From: the human T2T-CHM13v2.0 reference genome, Homo sapiens
Strand: one strand, 5' to 3'
Length of the DNA stretch: 64,000 nucleotides
Assembly: GCF_009914755.1 (NCBI RefSeq)
Contig: NC_060943.1
Both the position numbers and the translations under genes were made by a program. A model generated the notes under the pieces. It was not told the DNA's origin, ran no database searches, and saw only the letters and a program-made list of their open reading frames with translations. Positions 21,511-50,709 of the stretch are shown one piece after another (position 1 is the stretch's first letter; each line of letters opens with the position of its first letter).

Positions 21511-24423
21511 GGCTGACTCTAAGTAGAAAATGGAACTGCCTTGGTGGAGCTCAAGAACCTGGATCACCCATTCTGATTTGCTAGCATTTGGGTAAGAGAA
21601 AGAATGAAAATATTCTACTCCAGTATCACATTTTACAGGTAAATATAGTTGTGCACATGGCTCTGGCTATTTTGTGGACTTGATGTCTCACTCCTAAGAT
21701 GTTTATTTACACTTACAGATTCTACCATCAGATTCTATTTCCTCCTGGACACTCTTACAGTCTGACCCTTTTTTGTAAACCCCAGGCAGAAGCCATACCT
21801 TATCTGCAGATTCTAGGTAGGACCCACCTGGTTCTGCATCCTTTGGTGTTACAGCAAGTGGAGTACAATCAGAGAAGAGATCCCCTAATAGAGGCTGCTC
21901 TAGCACTTTCTAAGTATTAAGCCTACATGAAAAAAAAAAAAAAGCTGACACAACATGAATGTAAGTAGACAGTTTATTTGGGTGAAGTTTAAGGATTATA
22001 ACCTGGGAGCAAAGACTGAAGTTGCCTAGAATCTACACTTTCATTAACAGCAGTTGCAAGAGGAGTTGTGAAGACAAAAACAAAGGGACAGAGAGTGGGC
22101 TGATAGAGTTGTCAGAAATTTTTATTTAAAGAAGTAACATTGGTTATTGATTGGACATATATCATTATGGTTTAGGGTATGAGATACAGTGTCCAATGTG
22201 GTATTATCAGTTTAATATACATCTACTTGTGGCAATAGTGAACAGTTTCAAGAGATGAATACATATTTCAAAGGAGGAGAAAGGCGTAACTGCACTTTCA
22301 TTTCAATGTCTGAGTTTGATAACCAAAAGGACTTGCATTTTTAGATAAAAATTTTCTATTTCCCAAATCTCAAGACCTAGATACAAAATGTAGAGCTGCA
22401 GATTTAGGGCCCGAATGGCTGGAGTAGCAGCAGGTGTTACCTGCACATTTGTGAACATTTTACCAAGAGAAAAAAGGGGAAAGTGAAGATTCTCATGTCT
22501 GAATGTGTACTCAATGAAAACGTTACTCTGATTAGGTTTGTGGGCCCCATGGTCTCTGAATCAGTTTAAGGTCTGAAGATACAAGAGTCATTGAGATAAA
22601 ACTATTGATTGTTGCCCTGTGAAGTTGGTAGAAATTTGGTTTAGTCTCTCTAGAAGTGACTGTAGAGGACTATAGATACCAAATAGGCAGAAACACAGTT
22701 CTGCTTGCATATTTAGGGGACAGCATGCACTTTGTTGCACAAGTGTGAGTTGACTGGAAGTCTGAGAGGGAAAGTCCCCTCTAGAGTAAATTCCAGTTGG
22801 CACCTTATGTGTTTATATCATGTCTGGTAATTATAGACAGTGTTTGGAAATAACAAAAGAATGTTCTCCAGCCCCAGAAAAACTCCACAATAGAACAGAA
22901 AGAAAACTGTTTTATGTGACATGCATCATAGTCAATCTGCTTAAGAGACTGCAGAGACAGAAAGATGGTCACCAAAATTAGTCCACAAGTAGAATTTCCA
23001 GAACCATGTCATACATAGTTCATCCTAAATTCACATGGAGATTGAAGAGGCCATCTGTATATGCTAATTGTTTATATTCAATAACAAAAAAACTTTTCAC
23101 ACCTTCATAACAGGAGGTAGTTTAGCAGCTTGAAGCCAGGTACTTGCTGAAGGTAGGTTTTCACTCTGCTACAAAAATGGTTGAAAAGCATTCTATCCTT
23201 TTGGCTATTTACATTTTACAGCAGTGGCTCTGTGTTCCATGGCATTGGGCTACAGCACTTTCTTGCTTTTTCCTGGTTGCTAGTGTCCTCTTGACCTCTC
23301 TCATCTGCCACTGAGGGACAGCCTTGAGCACAGCTCAGTTTATGTGAACCACATTTCCCACAGCAGCACTCTAGTGTCACATCAGAGAGGAAAGCCTGAG
23401 CTGCAGGAGAGCCTGCAGGCCTTGTGAGTAGAATTGCACTTTCACAATAATGGGAATGTGACCAGTGTTTCAGCCCGTTTTTAATTATCATGGTGACATG
23501 GAAAAAAAATCGGATGAATTTCCAGCATGAGTCCAGATAGAGATATCTACAAAAGTTCTCACTGTGACAGCCTACCTCATTCAGACACCATGGGATACTA
23601 ATAGGGCTTCTGAAACAGACACCCAAAGTATTGGAGAGAAAAACAGATCTCCATCTGAGCAAGATAATTTTGAGAGAAAAAAGTTAAAAAGATCTTGAGA
23701 AAAAAGATCTTGAGAAAAAGCTCAGTTTAGATATAAGATTGATCAAGTCAGCCAGAAAATAGTCCCCTAAAAGCAATTTCTCTCTAACCACCCAAAGTGC
23801 ACAATTACTCTCAGCATGAGAAACATGAGCATTATGAAGAAAGGGGGCAGAATTTCAGAAGAATTTTATAAAGCTTTTTTTCCCATCTCTGCTGCTCTCT
23901 CATCTCCTAGTCATTGAATGGGGGTTCTATATTGAAATATATCTGACAACTTCCAACAACACTTTTTGATGCAGAAATAGAATCTGACTGTGTTCACATT
24001 GTGGAGTATATTAGAACTTCCAACATAGTTAACTGAAGAGCTATCATGGTTTTTGGGTGGCCACATCAACTGTCTTTATTTCATTTGTAATAGCAGCATT
24101 CCAATTGAGTGAAATAAAAGATACTAAAATTGTGTTTACTTATAATTATCCCTATTGAATAAAGTAATAAACATGTCAGACTAGTATTGACTGTAACAAT
24201 TTGGTAGTAAATTTTTTGGGGTATTAGATTAAATATCTAAGTATAAATAATTTTAATAAACTAGTAGTAATGTATATGGCAGTTAAAAAGTTTAACTATA
24301 CTTCAGTTAAAATAGTTTATATTTCAAAAGTGTAAATAACAATATTAAAATAACCATTTAAGTGATTCATTCAAAGTAAGTATTGTGGCTTTATATTCAT
24401 ACTATTGTAAAAAATACTGTTTA

Positions 24424-27009
<2,586 letters not shown>

Positions 27010-27699
27010 CTACCAAGGTTGCAGAGAAAAGAGAATGCTTATACTCTGCTGGTGGGAGTGTAAATTAGTTTAACTGTAAAAAGCAGTGTGGCAATTCCTC
27101 ACAGAACTGAAAACAGAATTATCATTTGACTCAGGAACCTGATAATTGGGTATATACCAAAAGAAATATAAATTATTATAAAGACGCATCCATATGCATG
27201 CTATGCATGTTCATTGCAGCACTATTCACAGTAGCAAAGACATGGACAGGACCTAAATGCCCATCAATAAAGAAAATATGGTATGGTCAGAAGCGGTGGC
27301 TCATGCCTTCAATCCTAGAGCTTTGGAAGGCCAAGGCAGGTGGACTGCCTGAGCTTAGAAGTTTGAAACCAGCCTGAAAAAAATAGCAAAATCTTGTCTA
27401 CATGGAAAATACAAAAAGAAAAAGTGGCCAGCCATAGTAACGCACACGTGTAGTCCCAGCTACTTGAGAAGATGAGGTAAGGGAGAATTGCTTGAGCCTG
27501 GGAGGCTGAGACTAAAGTAAGCCAAAATCACACCATGGTAATCTAGCCTGGGCAATAAGTGAGACCCTGCATCCAAAGATAAAATAAAATAAAAGATGTA
27601 GTAAAAAACAAAATATGGCACATAATCATGGAATACTCCATGGCCATTAAAAAAAATCATGTCCTCTGCAATAACATCAATGAAACCCATTAAAAAAAA

Positions 27700-32539
<4,840 letters not shown>

Positions 32540-32560
32540 GAGGTCTTTGCAATAACATCA

Positions 32561-38090
<5,530 letters not shown>

Positions 38091-38707
38091 AAATGCAGGC
38101 ACAGATATTTTTTACAATACAGTGTCAGGGGATTATTCTTTGCTTTCTTCTGGGAAATATTTACAAAGAGAAAACAAGTCTTTTCAATAGTGTTATGCAA
38201 TGCTTTAAAAAAAATGATTAATTGAGGAACGTGGGGTACATTTCAGGCCCTGCTTAGGACACATGTGAAAAATGCTAGGGAAAAATCAGTCCCCTGTGGG
38301 GTGTGGAAATAATTAAGTGGCAGGCAATTAGACTGAGGATGCTCTAGTCCTCGGATTCCTCCTTCTAAAATAAAAATCTAAACTCAAGTGCAGTTTTTGC
38401 TAAATTACTACATTCGGGAAACAAAATTCAGGCTTAAAAAACCATAAACTGCCAATTAAGCTCTGATTACATAACCAGGAAATTTCCACCTTAATTGTAC
38501 AAAGAAACTACATAACTATACGTATTGAATTATTGAATATGGTTTTCTTCATCATGCACCTTATCAATGTTTCCTTCAAGCCCCTCCCATGGACCGCAAA
38601 CTACAAACTATAGCTGGGTGCTCTTGAATGACTGATTAAATTATTTGATATTTTTGCGGTGACTCCCATAATTTATGTATTTATTTATTTTTTTAGACAA
38701 AGTCTTA

Positions 38708-39175
<468 letters not shown>

Positions 39176-39419
39176 TAGAGATGGGGTTTCCCCATTTTGC
39201 CCAGGCTGGTCTTCAACTCCTGACCTCAAGTGATCAGCCCTTCTCAGCCTCCCAAAGTGTTGGGATTACTGGCATTTCGTACCTGGCACCATACTTTTTT
39301 TTTTTCTTTGAGACGGAGTCTCCCTCTGTCGCCCAGGCTGGAGTGGTGGTGCAATCTCGGCTCAATGCAAGCTCCACCTCCCGGATTCCACACATTTTTA
39401 ATAACAGAAAAGAGAAACT

Positions 39420-40060
39420 GTGAACCCCACGGACCAAAGCTCTTCCCATTCATGAACCCACATCCCGAGTCAGGATTCTCCCCTGACGACCCTCCCATGG
39501 TCCCTGCAAAATCTGGGAGAAACGCGGCGCTGCCGCTGCAGAGCTGCCTAGAAAGGGCTCCAGGCCATGGCACAGTCACTGCGAGAGGAAGAGACAGGAG
39601 GCCTGGCGGCCCGGCTGTCAGCGCAGTCGCCATCTTAAGGCTGAAGGGGGCTGAGGCCAACCTGGGCAAGGAGAACTTGGGGCGCACATTGTGGAGCTGA
39701 CTGCGAAGAGGCCTGAGTCCCGCCACAGTCACTTCCCACCAGTTCCACCCTGCCCCTCTTCCTGTCTCGGGATGTCGGCCGGGCACTCTCACCATTTCTA
39801 TGCTTCCAGGGTGTCCTGGGGTTTTAGCTGTGGATCTCCCAATACCTGCAGGTCACAGGGCCACAGAGGCTGGGCCTCCAGGAGAATAGGACACAGACCA
39901 GTGAAGACGAGACCTGAAACGCCGGCTGCAGCTAGAGACAAAGGCCGCGCCAAAAGCGGAAAGCCGTCCTCGTCGCTCCAGCTGCGTGCCTGATTGGACG
40001 GTTTCCAGCCCAGCGTCTCTGATTGGATAATGCTTTAGGTCCCGCCCCTCAGGCCCTGAG
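39420..40060 (-). promoter_or_regulatory. CpG-rich promoter with two CCAAT boxes (~39990-39997, ~40020-40027) and a GC box (~40041-40048)
   Basis: High CpG retention relative to the rest of the window; ctgattgg twice, ~30 bp apart; cccgcccc. Confidence 0.85.
39793..39970 (-). pseudogene. Exon 1 (5' UTR + ATG) of the minus-strand KRAB-ZNF pseudogene
   Basis: Typical ZNF91-subfamily first exon '...ctgcaggtattgggagatccacagct...ggaagcatagaaATG|gtgagagtg'; ATG 39795-39793, GT donor 39792-39791; 5' end approximate. Confidence 0.9.
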
Positions 40061-40448
40061 TGACAGAAGATGTGATCAGATGCTGGGCTAAGTGAAGAGA
40101 GACAGCCTAAGCTGCAGCCTTTACAGGCAGGGCTTCCTTCCTGAGCTGACCCAGGCCCCCCCCAGAGCATGAGAAAATTCTCTTTTGTACTCACTCTCCT
40201 TTTGAATGTATTCAAAAGGTGAACAGAAGTATTTTGCTGGCATATTAATAATACATAAAATTTTTGTTCAAGAGAAAATCAACGTTTACTTTGTTAGTAG
40301 TGTATTATCAATACTAAAGCTAATGTTTTTTTTTTTTTTTTTGAGACGGAGTCTCGCTTTGTCACCCAGGCTGGAGTGCAGTGGCGGGGTCTCGCTCACC
40401 CGATTTTCCTGCCTCAGCCTCCTGAGTAGCTGGGATTACAGCTACTAT

Positions 40449-40917
40449 TGTTGAAAAACAATAGACAATCACAAAAACAAGCTGACCTTTTTGTGTTCCT
40501 TAAGCCCTGTCCTGAAGAGCCCTGTGACTGGGCTTTATGCCAAACAACTCGTTACTAAAGAGCTGTGGTCCCAGACTGCACCGAAGCTTCATGAGACCTC
40601 TCCTCGTCTGTGCACGGACGAGTGGCCAACTCTGGAGCCCAGGCTGTTGCTTCCCTGTCTGGTGGTGAATCCTCCACAGTCTGATGAGGGTGGTGTCTGA
40701 CTCTGGAGCTCAGGCTGTTGCTTCTTGGTCTGGTGGTGAGTCCTTCATAGTCTGGTGAGTGCGGGTGTCCCACTCTGGAACCCATGCTGTTGCTTCCTGG
40801 CCTGGTGGAGAATCTTCCAGCCTGGAGAGTGCGGTGTCTGACTCTGGAGCCCAAGGCTGGAAACTTGGGGACGTCCCAAATCCCGGAATGGAAACTCCCC
40901 CAGTTCTCCCCCTTGGC
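40449..40917 (+). mobile_element. Partial class III ERV LTR (LTR66-like) with ~70-bp internal tandem repeats, plus a short leader piece
   Basis: Reverse-complement match to 42000-42310 and 41651-41710; left end truncated at an Alu fragment (40326-40441). Confidence 0.75.
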
Positions 40918-42466
40918 GTGCCCTATCTGGTGAGTTTCGGGGGAACTCATGACCCAAGTCATAATAGGAATTTCAAGCCTCATAAAGACATCATGGTTGA
41001 AGCAGAGGTGTTTCGTTTCCAGCAAAGCCCAATAGCAAGCTAACAATTGCTCCTCGAAAGGGTTATAAGCTTTGCTGGCCTCTGGCAGTTTCTGGGTCCA
41101 AAACCAGAAATGTACCTCTTCCCATCTTGTTTCTGCCTAAGGCTCCAATTAGCATGTTGATCTAGGACAGTTACTTGCAGTTCTACGGGACCATCCCAAA
41201 TGGGTCATAGATCCAGGGCCAGTTGCACTGCTTGTTTATCTTGTTCGGAAGCCATGATCTCTTTCTCTCCCCAAAGTCATAGCGTTTTCTGGTGGCTGCA
41301 TGCAGAGGTTGTAACATGTTACCCAAGTGGGGAATATGATGTCTCCAGAATCCAAACAAGCCAATAAATTTCTGAGCCTCATTTTTAGTGGTAGGGGTTG
41401 CAAATTCTAGTATTTTAGGCTTAGCCTTTGGTAAAATGAATTATTTCCCTGCATTTCATAGGATGCAACCAGCCCCTATCTTGACACATTATCTTATAAG
41501 CAGTAAGGAAACACCATCCACTCTGGGAGATCCCCTCAGCGTCTCCTTTGCTGACTGGAATTCCCTGCAGCACTTCACGCACAAAGGTCTAAATTGCACT
41601 AATTTAGATTCCCAATTCTTACAAAGTCCGGTTCCCCTTGACCATTCAATTGCCAAGGGAGAGAACTGGGGGAGTTTCCATCCGGGGATATGGGAAGTCC
41701 TCGAGCCTCCCGCCCTGCCCTTGTTGCTAAAAAGTGGCACACTTTTGTTTTTGAATCCTGTTTGTGACACCAAAAGTGTTCTGTGCGGGAAACGCACGAG
41801 GGGGAGAAGGAAAGACACACACACAATACCTTTAAGGGTAAACAAGCTTCATTCCACGTAAATAGCAATGCAGATATAATAAGCAAATTATGTAATAAGC
41901 AAATCAATATAATAAGCAGATTGATATAACAAGTAGATTGATATAATAAGCAAATTGCAATGGGAAGAGGAGAAAGGAAAAAATATATATATATTTACAC
42001 TCACCAGACTATGGAGGATTCACTACCAGAGTGGGAAGCAACAGCCTGGGCTCTAGCATCGGACATTGCACTCACCAGACAGTGGAGGCCTCACCACCAG
42101 ATGGGAAGCAACAGCTTGGGCTCCAGAGTCGGCCGCTCATTCCTGCACAGATGAGAAGAGGTCTCATGAAGCTTCAGCCCAGTCTGGTATCCTAGCTCTT
42201 TTGTAACTAGTTGTTTCGCATGAGGCCTAGTCACGAGGGCCTTTCATGACCCGGCACGAGGAACATAAAAATGTCAACTTGTTTTTGCGATTGCCTATTG
42301 TTTTTCAATAACTAATGCATAGGAATAGATTGAAATAGAGATTTCTCCAAAACAGCACTGAATGAACGCTTGAAGGGGCTCACACAACCTGTTCTGGGAC
42401 TCGGTGACCATTGTTTGTGTCCACGTTCAATTGAGTTCAAATTTATTATTTAACTTTTCCTCCACA
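40918..42466 (-). mobile_element. Class III (HERV-S/HERVL66-like) provirus remnant: 5' LTR 42466-41777, PBS, leader and pol fragment
   Basis: TG...CA LTR; PBS tggtgtcacaaacaggat (41772-41755), matching tRNA-Ser PBS tggcgtcacgaacaggat apart from two CpG decays; pol peptides LACYWALLET and AQKFIGLFGFWR. Confidence 0.8.
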
Positions 42467-42532
42467 AATTCGCCTGTCTTGATGAATCAGCTCTGTCTAG
42501 GCAAAGGGCAAGGTGAACCTCTTGGGCCTTAC

Positions 42533-44950
<2,418 letters not shown>

Positions 44951-45244
44951 CTACCCCTAATGTAGTAATTAACCAAAAAATGTCCTTGAGTTTAGATTTT
45001 TTTATTTTAGAAGTAGGAATTTGAGGACTACAGCCTCCTCAGTTTATTTGCCTGCCACATAATTATTTTCATACCACATAGGGGACTGATTTTCCATGGC
45101 ATTTTTCACATATGCCTCAAGGGTACCCCATGTTCTTCAGTTAATCATTTTAAAAAAGCATTGGCTAACACTATTGAAAAGATTTGTTTTCTGTTTGTAA
45201 ATATTTCCAGTGAGAAGAAAGGAAAGACTAATCCCCTGACACTG

Positions 45245-45689
45245 TAAGGAAGGAGACCACCTTTCTGCTTGTCTCAAGCCTCAGAAAAAGAAAAGAGGAA
45301 GCAAAAGCTAAAGAAAGTCAGAAATGAGATCAATAGTTAGACAGCTCCTGGCCACTCCCCAGGGCTGGTAGTTAAAAATCAGCTCCTGACCTAACTGCTT
45401 GTATTATCCATAGATTTCAGGCATTGTATGAGGAAGCATTGTGAAATTTTCTGTTCTGTCCGGATTACCGATGCATACACGCTCAGTTATGTACCCCATG
45501 CTTGCTCAATCAATCATGACCCTTTCACGTGGACTCCTTTAGAGTTGTAAGCCCTTAAAAGGGACAGAAATTTCTGTCTCAGGGAGCCGGCTTTTGAGAC
45601 GCAAGTCTCCTGATGCTCCTGGCCGAATAAAGCCTCTTCCTTCTTTAACCTGGTGTCTGAGGAGTTTGTCTGTGGCTCGTCCTGCTACA
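45245..45689 (+). mobile_element. HERV-E 5' LTR (LTR2 family)
   Basis: Starts taaggaaggagaccac, TATA-like cccttaaaa (~45552), AATAAA (~45626), ends gctaca; followed by a tRNA-Glu PBS. Confidence 0.9.
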
Positions 45690-45694
45690 TTTCT

Positions 45695-45712
45695 TGGTTC
45701 CCTGACTGGGAA
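45695..45712 (+). promoter_or_regulatory. Primer-binding site for tRNA-Glu
   Basis: tggttccctgactgggaa, 17/18 match to the complement of the tRNA-Glu 3' end (tggttccctgaccgggaa). Confidence 0.9.
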
Positions 45713-46184
45713 GTGAGGTGATTAGTGGTTGGTCAAGGCAGTCTTTTAGGTGACTTAGGCCTGTCCTGTGGAGCATCCCCGTAGGGGACTCCAGCCAGCC
45801 TGAGAGACACGGATCCTGAGAGTGCTCCCAGGTAGGCAATTGCCCTGGTGGAATGCCTTGTCAGTGCAGTGCATGGGAGGCCCCTGTGGAGGATCAATGC
45901 AGTGGCTGAACACTGGGAAGGAACTGGCAACTTGAGTCTGGACATCTGGAACATGGTAAGACCGGTCTTAGAAACTTGCTCACTCCATTTGAGGGGAAGC
46001 ATGGCCTGATCACCCATGACGTGCCTTTATCGGCATTTTGGTTTTGGTTTTGATTTTGTCTTGGCTTAAATTGCTTGGCACCATGGTTTTGGTTTTGATT
46101 TTGATACAGTGTGAATTAGGCAAGTGTGTGACCTTTTACCCTTTCCTTCTTGTAGTGTGAGTTTTGTCTTGTCTCTAGAGAAAA

Positions 46185-47656
46185 ATGGGTCAGACACAAA
46201 GTAAGCCTACCCCACTTGGAACTATGCTGAAAAATTTCAAGAAGGGATTTACAGGAGACTATGGGGTTACCATGACACCAGAGAAACTTAGATCTTTATG
46301 TGAAATAGATTGGCCAGCATTAGAAGTGGGTTGGACATCAGAAGGAAGCCTGGACAGGTCCCTTGTTTCAAAGGTATTGCACAAGATATCTTGTAAGCCA
46401 GGATACCCAGACCAGTTCCCGTACATAGACACTTGGTTACAGCTAGTTTTAGACCCCCCCACAGTGGTTGAGAGGACAGGCAGCAGCAGTGTTAGTGGCA
46501 AAGGACAGGTAGCCAAGAAGAATCCCACTCCACCCATCGAGGGAAGTCGGTTCCTAAAGTTCTGTCTGACCCCATATCAGAAGACTCATGGCAGGAAATG
46601 GCACCAGTGATGCCTCCCCCTTATCGAGATGAGAGACCCCCACTTCTGAGCCCACAGCACCTGTGCCTCCACAGGACACACACACCCCTAGACCACCCAG
46701 AGTAAACAAGAGAGGATGTGAAGCCATGGGAGAAACCCCTCCCTTGGTGGCTCATTTAGGACCTAAGACTGGAACACAGATGCCCCTGAGGGAGCAGTGA
46801 TATACTGGAGTAGATGAGGACAGGCATGTGGTAAAAAGTCATGCCTTTGTGTATCAACCTTTCACCTCTGCTGATCTCCTCAATTGGAAGAACAATACCC
46901 CATCTTATACTGAAAAGCCTCAAGCTTTGATTTGCTCCAAACTATTATCCAGACTCATAACCCTACTTGGGCTGATTGCCACCAACTGCTCATGTACCTC
47001 TTTAACACAGATGGAAGGTGAAGGGTGCTCCAGGCAGCAACTAAGTGGCTGGAGGAACATGCTCTGGCCAATTACCAAAATGTCCAAGAGTATGTAAGGT
47101 TCCAATTACCAGGAACAGACTCCCAGTGGGACCCAAATGAAGGGCCAGACATGAAAAGACTAAAATGATATAGGGAGGCCCTCCTAGAAGGGTTAAAAAA
47201 GGGAGCCCAGAAGGCCACAAATGTTAACAAAGTCTCCGAGGTCATTCAAGGAAAAGAAGAGAGTCCAGCACAATTTTATGAGAGACTATGTGAGGCATAT
47301 CGTATGTATACTCCCTTTGATTCAGATAGCCCTGAAAATCAGTGCATGATTAATGTGGCTTTAGTTAGTCAAAGCGCCGAAGATATTAGAAGAAAGCTTC
47401 AGAAACAGACTGGGTTTGCAGGTATGAACACTTCAGTTATTAGAAATAGCCAATCAGGCGTTTGTGAATAGAGATGCGACGGGTCGTAGAGAAAGCCGTA
47501 AAGAAAGTGAGCGCCAAGCCCGGTGAAATGCTGACCTGCCAGCCACAGCTATTAAAGGGGTTCCCCCAAAGGGCTGAGGAATGGGGGACCCCGGGGAAAA
47601 CACACAGTCTGACTGACCACGTCTGCAGCGTAACTGGTGTGCTTACTGTAAAGAAA
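46185..47656 (+). pseudogene. gag: HERV-E gag, frameshifted and truncated within the zinc knuckle
   Basis: MGQTQSKPTPLGTMLKNFKKGF...; YQPFTSADLLNWK; major homology region VIQGKEESPAQFYERL; CAYCKE followed by a deletion. Confidence 0.92.
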
Positions 47657-49994
47657 GCAGGTCATTTGCAACCTACCAGAACCTAAGACCAGGAGGCAGG
47701 TGAGAGAGTTCTTAGGAGCTGTGGGGATCTGCAGGTTATGGATCCCAAACTTTGCAGTACTGGCCAAACCTCTGTACCAAGTCACAAAGGGGGGCATCCA
47801 GGAAACTTTTGAATGGGGGTCTCAACAGCAGCAAGCCTTCCATGAATTAAAAGAGTAACTCATGTCAGCCCCAGCCCTGGGTCTGCCTGACCTGTCAAAG
47901 CCATTTACACTATATGTGTCAGAGAGAGAAAAAATGGCAATTGGGGTTTTGATCCAGGCTGTGGGGCCCTGGCTAAGGCTGGTGGCCTACCTATCTAAAC
48001 AACTGGACAGGGTTTCTAAAGTTTGGCCCCCGTGTTTGAGAGCCTTAGCAGCAACTGCCCTGCTAGCACAAGAAACAGATAAATTAACTCTTGGGCAAAA
48101 CCTAAACATAAAACACCTCATGCTGTGGTGACTTTAATGAATACCAAAGGATATCATTGGCTAACGAACGCTAGACTAACCAAGTACCAAAGCTTGCTCT
48201 GTAAAAGTCTCTGCATAACCATTGAAGTTTGTAACAGCCTGAACCCCACCACCCTGCTCCCGGTATCAGAGAGCCCTGTTGAGCATAACTATATAGAGGT
48301 GTTGCACTCAGTTTGCTCAGGTTAGCAAACCTGACCTATGGGACCAGCCTTGGACATCAGTAGACTTGGAGTTATATGTGGATGGGAGCAGCTTCATCAA
48401 CCCACAAGGAGAGAGGTGTGCAGGATATGCACCTCTGGATGCTTTTATTGAAGCCAAATAATTGCCTCCAGGGTTCTTCAGCCCAGGAGGCCGAACTCAT
48501 TGCTTTAACTTGGGCCCTAGAGCTAAGTGAGACTGTGAACATTTACACTGACTCTCGATATGCCTTTTTAACCCTCCAAGTGCATAAAGCATTATATAAA
48601 GAAACAGGCCTGTTAAACTCTGGGGGAAAAGATATAAAGTATCAGCAAGAAATCTTGCAATTATTAGAGGCAGTGTGGAAGCCCCAGAAGATGGCAGTCA
48701 CGCACTGCAGAGGACACCAGTGAACTCCTACTACAGTTGCTTTAGGGAACTCCTGAGTGGACTCGGAGGCTCAAAAGGCAGCATCCACCCCTTACCGGGC
48801 ATCAATCACAGCCCCCTTTCTCCCTCAAGAACCTGAACTTTTACCTACCTATTCTAAGGGAGAAAAAAACTTTTTCCAAGTGGAAGGGGGACAGGTAATA
48901 AAGGAAGGATGGATCCAGGTATCGGATGGGAGAATAGCTGTGCCACAGCTACTTGGAGCAGAGGTTGTACTGGCTGTGCATTTAACTACCCATCTAGGTC
49001 AGGAATCACTTGAAAAGTTGTTAGGCCGGTATTTTTACATCTCCCATTTATCAGCTCTTGCCAAAACAGTAGCGCAGCGATGTGTTATCTGCCGACAGCA
49101 CAATGCAAGACAGGGTCCAGCCGTTCTGCCAGGTATACAGACATATGGAGCAGCCCCCTTTGAAGATCTCCAAGTGAACTTCACAGAAATGCCAAAGCGT
49201 GGAGGTAATAAGTATTTACTAGTTCTACTCTGTACCTGGTACCTACTCTGGGTGGGTAGAGGCTTATCCAACATGAACTGAGAAAGCTCATGAGGCAACC
49301 CGTGTGCTTCTTCAAGATCTTATTCCCAGGTTTGGACTGCCCTTATGGATCAGCTTGGACAACAGGCCAGCATGTGTGGCTGACTTGGTACAGTAAACAT
49401 CAAAGGTATAGGAGATCACATGGACACTGCATGCAGCCTACCAACCGCAGAGTTCGGAAAGGTGGAGTGGATGAATCAGACAATCAAAAACAGTTTAGGG
49501 AAAGTATGTCAGAAAACAGGATTAAAGCGGTACTTTTAACCCTGGTACTGTTCAAGATTGATGCAACCCTTCAAAGAGAACAGGATATTCTCCCTATGAA
49601 ATATTATATCATAGGCCCCTTCCTATATTACAGGGACTCCCAGGCACTCCACAAGAGTTAGGTGAAATTGAGTTACAGTGACAGCTACAGCTACAGGCCT
49701 TAGGAAATTTACTCAAACAATTTCAGCCTGTGTAAATGAGAGGTGCCCCATCAGCTTATTCTCCCCAATTCACCCTTTCTCCCCAGGTGATTGAGTGTGG
49801 ATCAAAGATTGGAACACATCCCCCTTGCGACCACGGTGGAAAGGAGCCCAGACCATCATCTTGACCACCCCCCCACAGCTGTAAAGGTAGAAGGAATCCC
49901 AGCCTGGATCCACCATAGCTGAATAAAACCTGCAGCCTCTGAAACCTGGGAGGTGAGACTGAGCCCAGACAACCCCTGCAAAGTGATTCTGAGA
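47657..49994 (+). pseudogene. pol: HERV-E pol 3' part (RT thumb/connection, RNase H, integrase); pro, RT core, env and 3' LTR are missing
   Basis: [34 protein letters not shown]...H...CVIC zinc motif, PFEDLQVNFTEMP; multiple stops. Confidence 0.92.
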
Positions 49995-50242
49995 AGTGTT
50001 TGTGTCCCTGGGTACTTGAGATTAGGGAGTGGTGATGACTCTTAAGGAGCATGCTGCCTTCAAGCATTTGTTTAACAAAGCACATCTTGCACAGCCCTTA
50101 ATCCATTTAACCCTGAGTTGACACAGCACATGTCTCAGGGAGCACAGGGCTGGGGATAGGGTTGCAGATTAAAATGGAGTCTCTTATGTCTACTTTCTAT
50201 ATGGACACATTAACAATCTGATCTCTCTTTCTTTTCCCCACA
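49995..50242 (-). mobile_element. 5' portion of an HERV-K(HML-2) LTR5 in antisense orientation, fused to HERV-E
   Basis: Reverse complement begins tgtggggaaaagaaagagagatcagattgtt (LTR5 5' terminus); body similar to the SINE-R at 16400-16660. Confidence 0.88.
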
Positions 50243-50535
50243 GAAAAATATTCACAACTCATTCTGTATGATGTAAATATAGCACTCAAAACTGTATGTG
50301 TTCTTGTTCATGCCCTCAATTTTATACTTTATTATCTAGAAAAATATATATGAACCGATGTGGCGGATCTTATGCTGCTCTTTTTTCTCAGAGTTAGAGA
50401 ATATATTAGAGAATATTTCTGTGTTGAAAACTATTTTATTGGATAATTTTAGTCATCCTATAAGTCAGAACCAGTTCTCTTTATGCTCGCATTTCACCTT
50501 AAGTCAAATTGAAAATTCTGCTCATGGCCATTTAA

Positions 50536-50709
<174 letters not shown>

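Noticed and set aside
39244-39795. 183-aa ORF from the exon-1 ATG
   Set aside because: Read-through of the splice donor into GC-rich intron and Alu; no recognisable domain
40620-40855. Regularly spaced repeats resembling a CRISPR array
   Set aside because: Tandem ~70-bp LTR-internal repeats without unique spacers, in human DNA
49995-50242. Possible second SVA (SINE-R similarity)
   Set aside because: It includes the true LTR5 5' terminus abutting host DNA and has no VNTR or poly-A, so it is an LTR5 fragment
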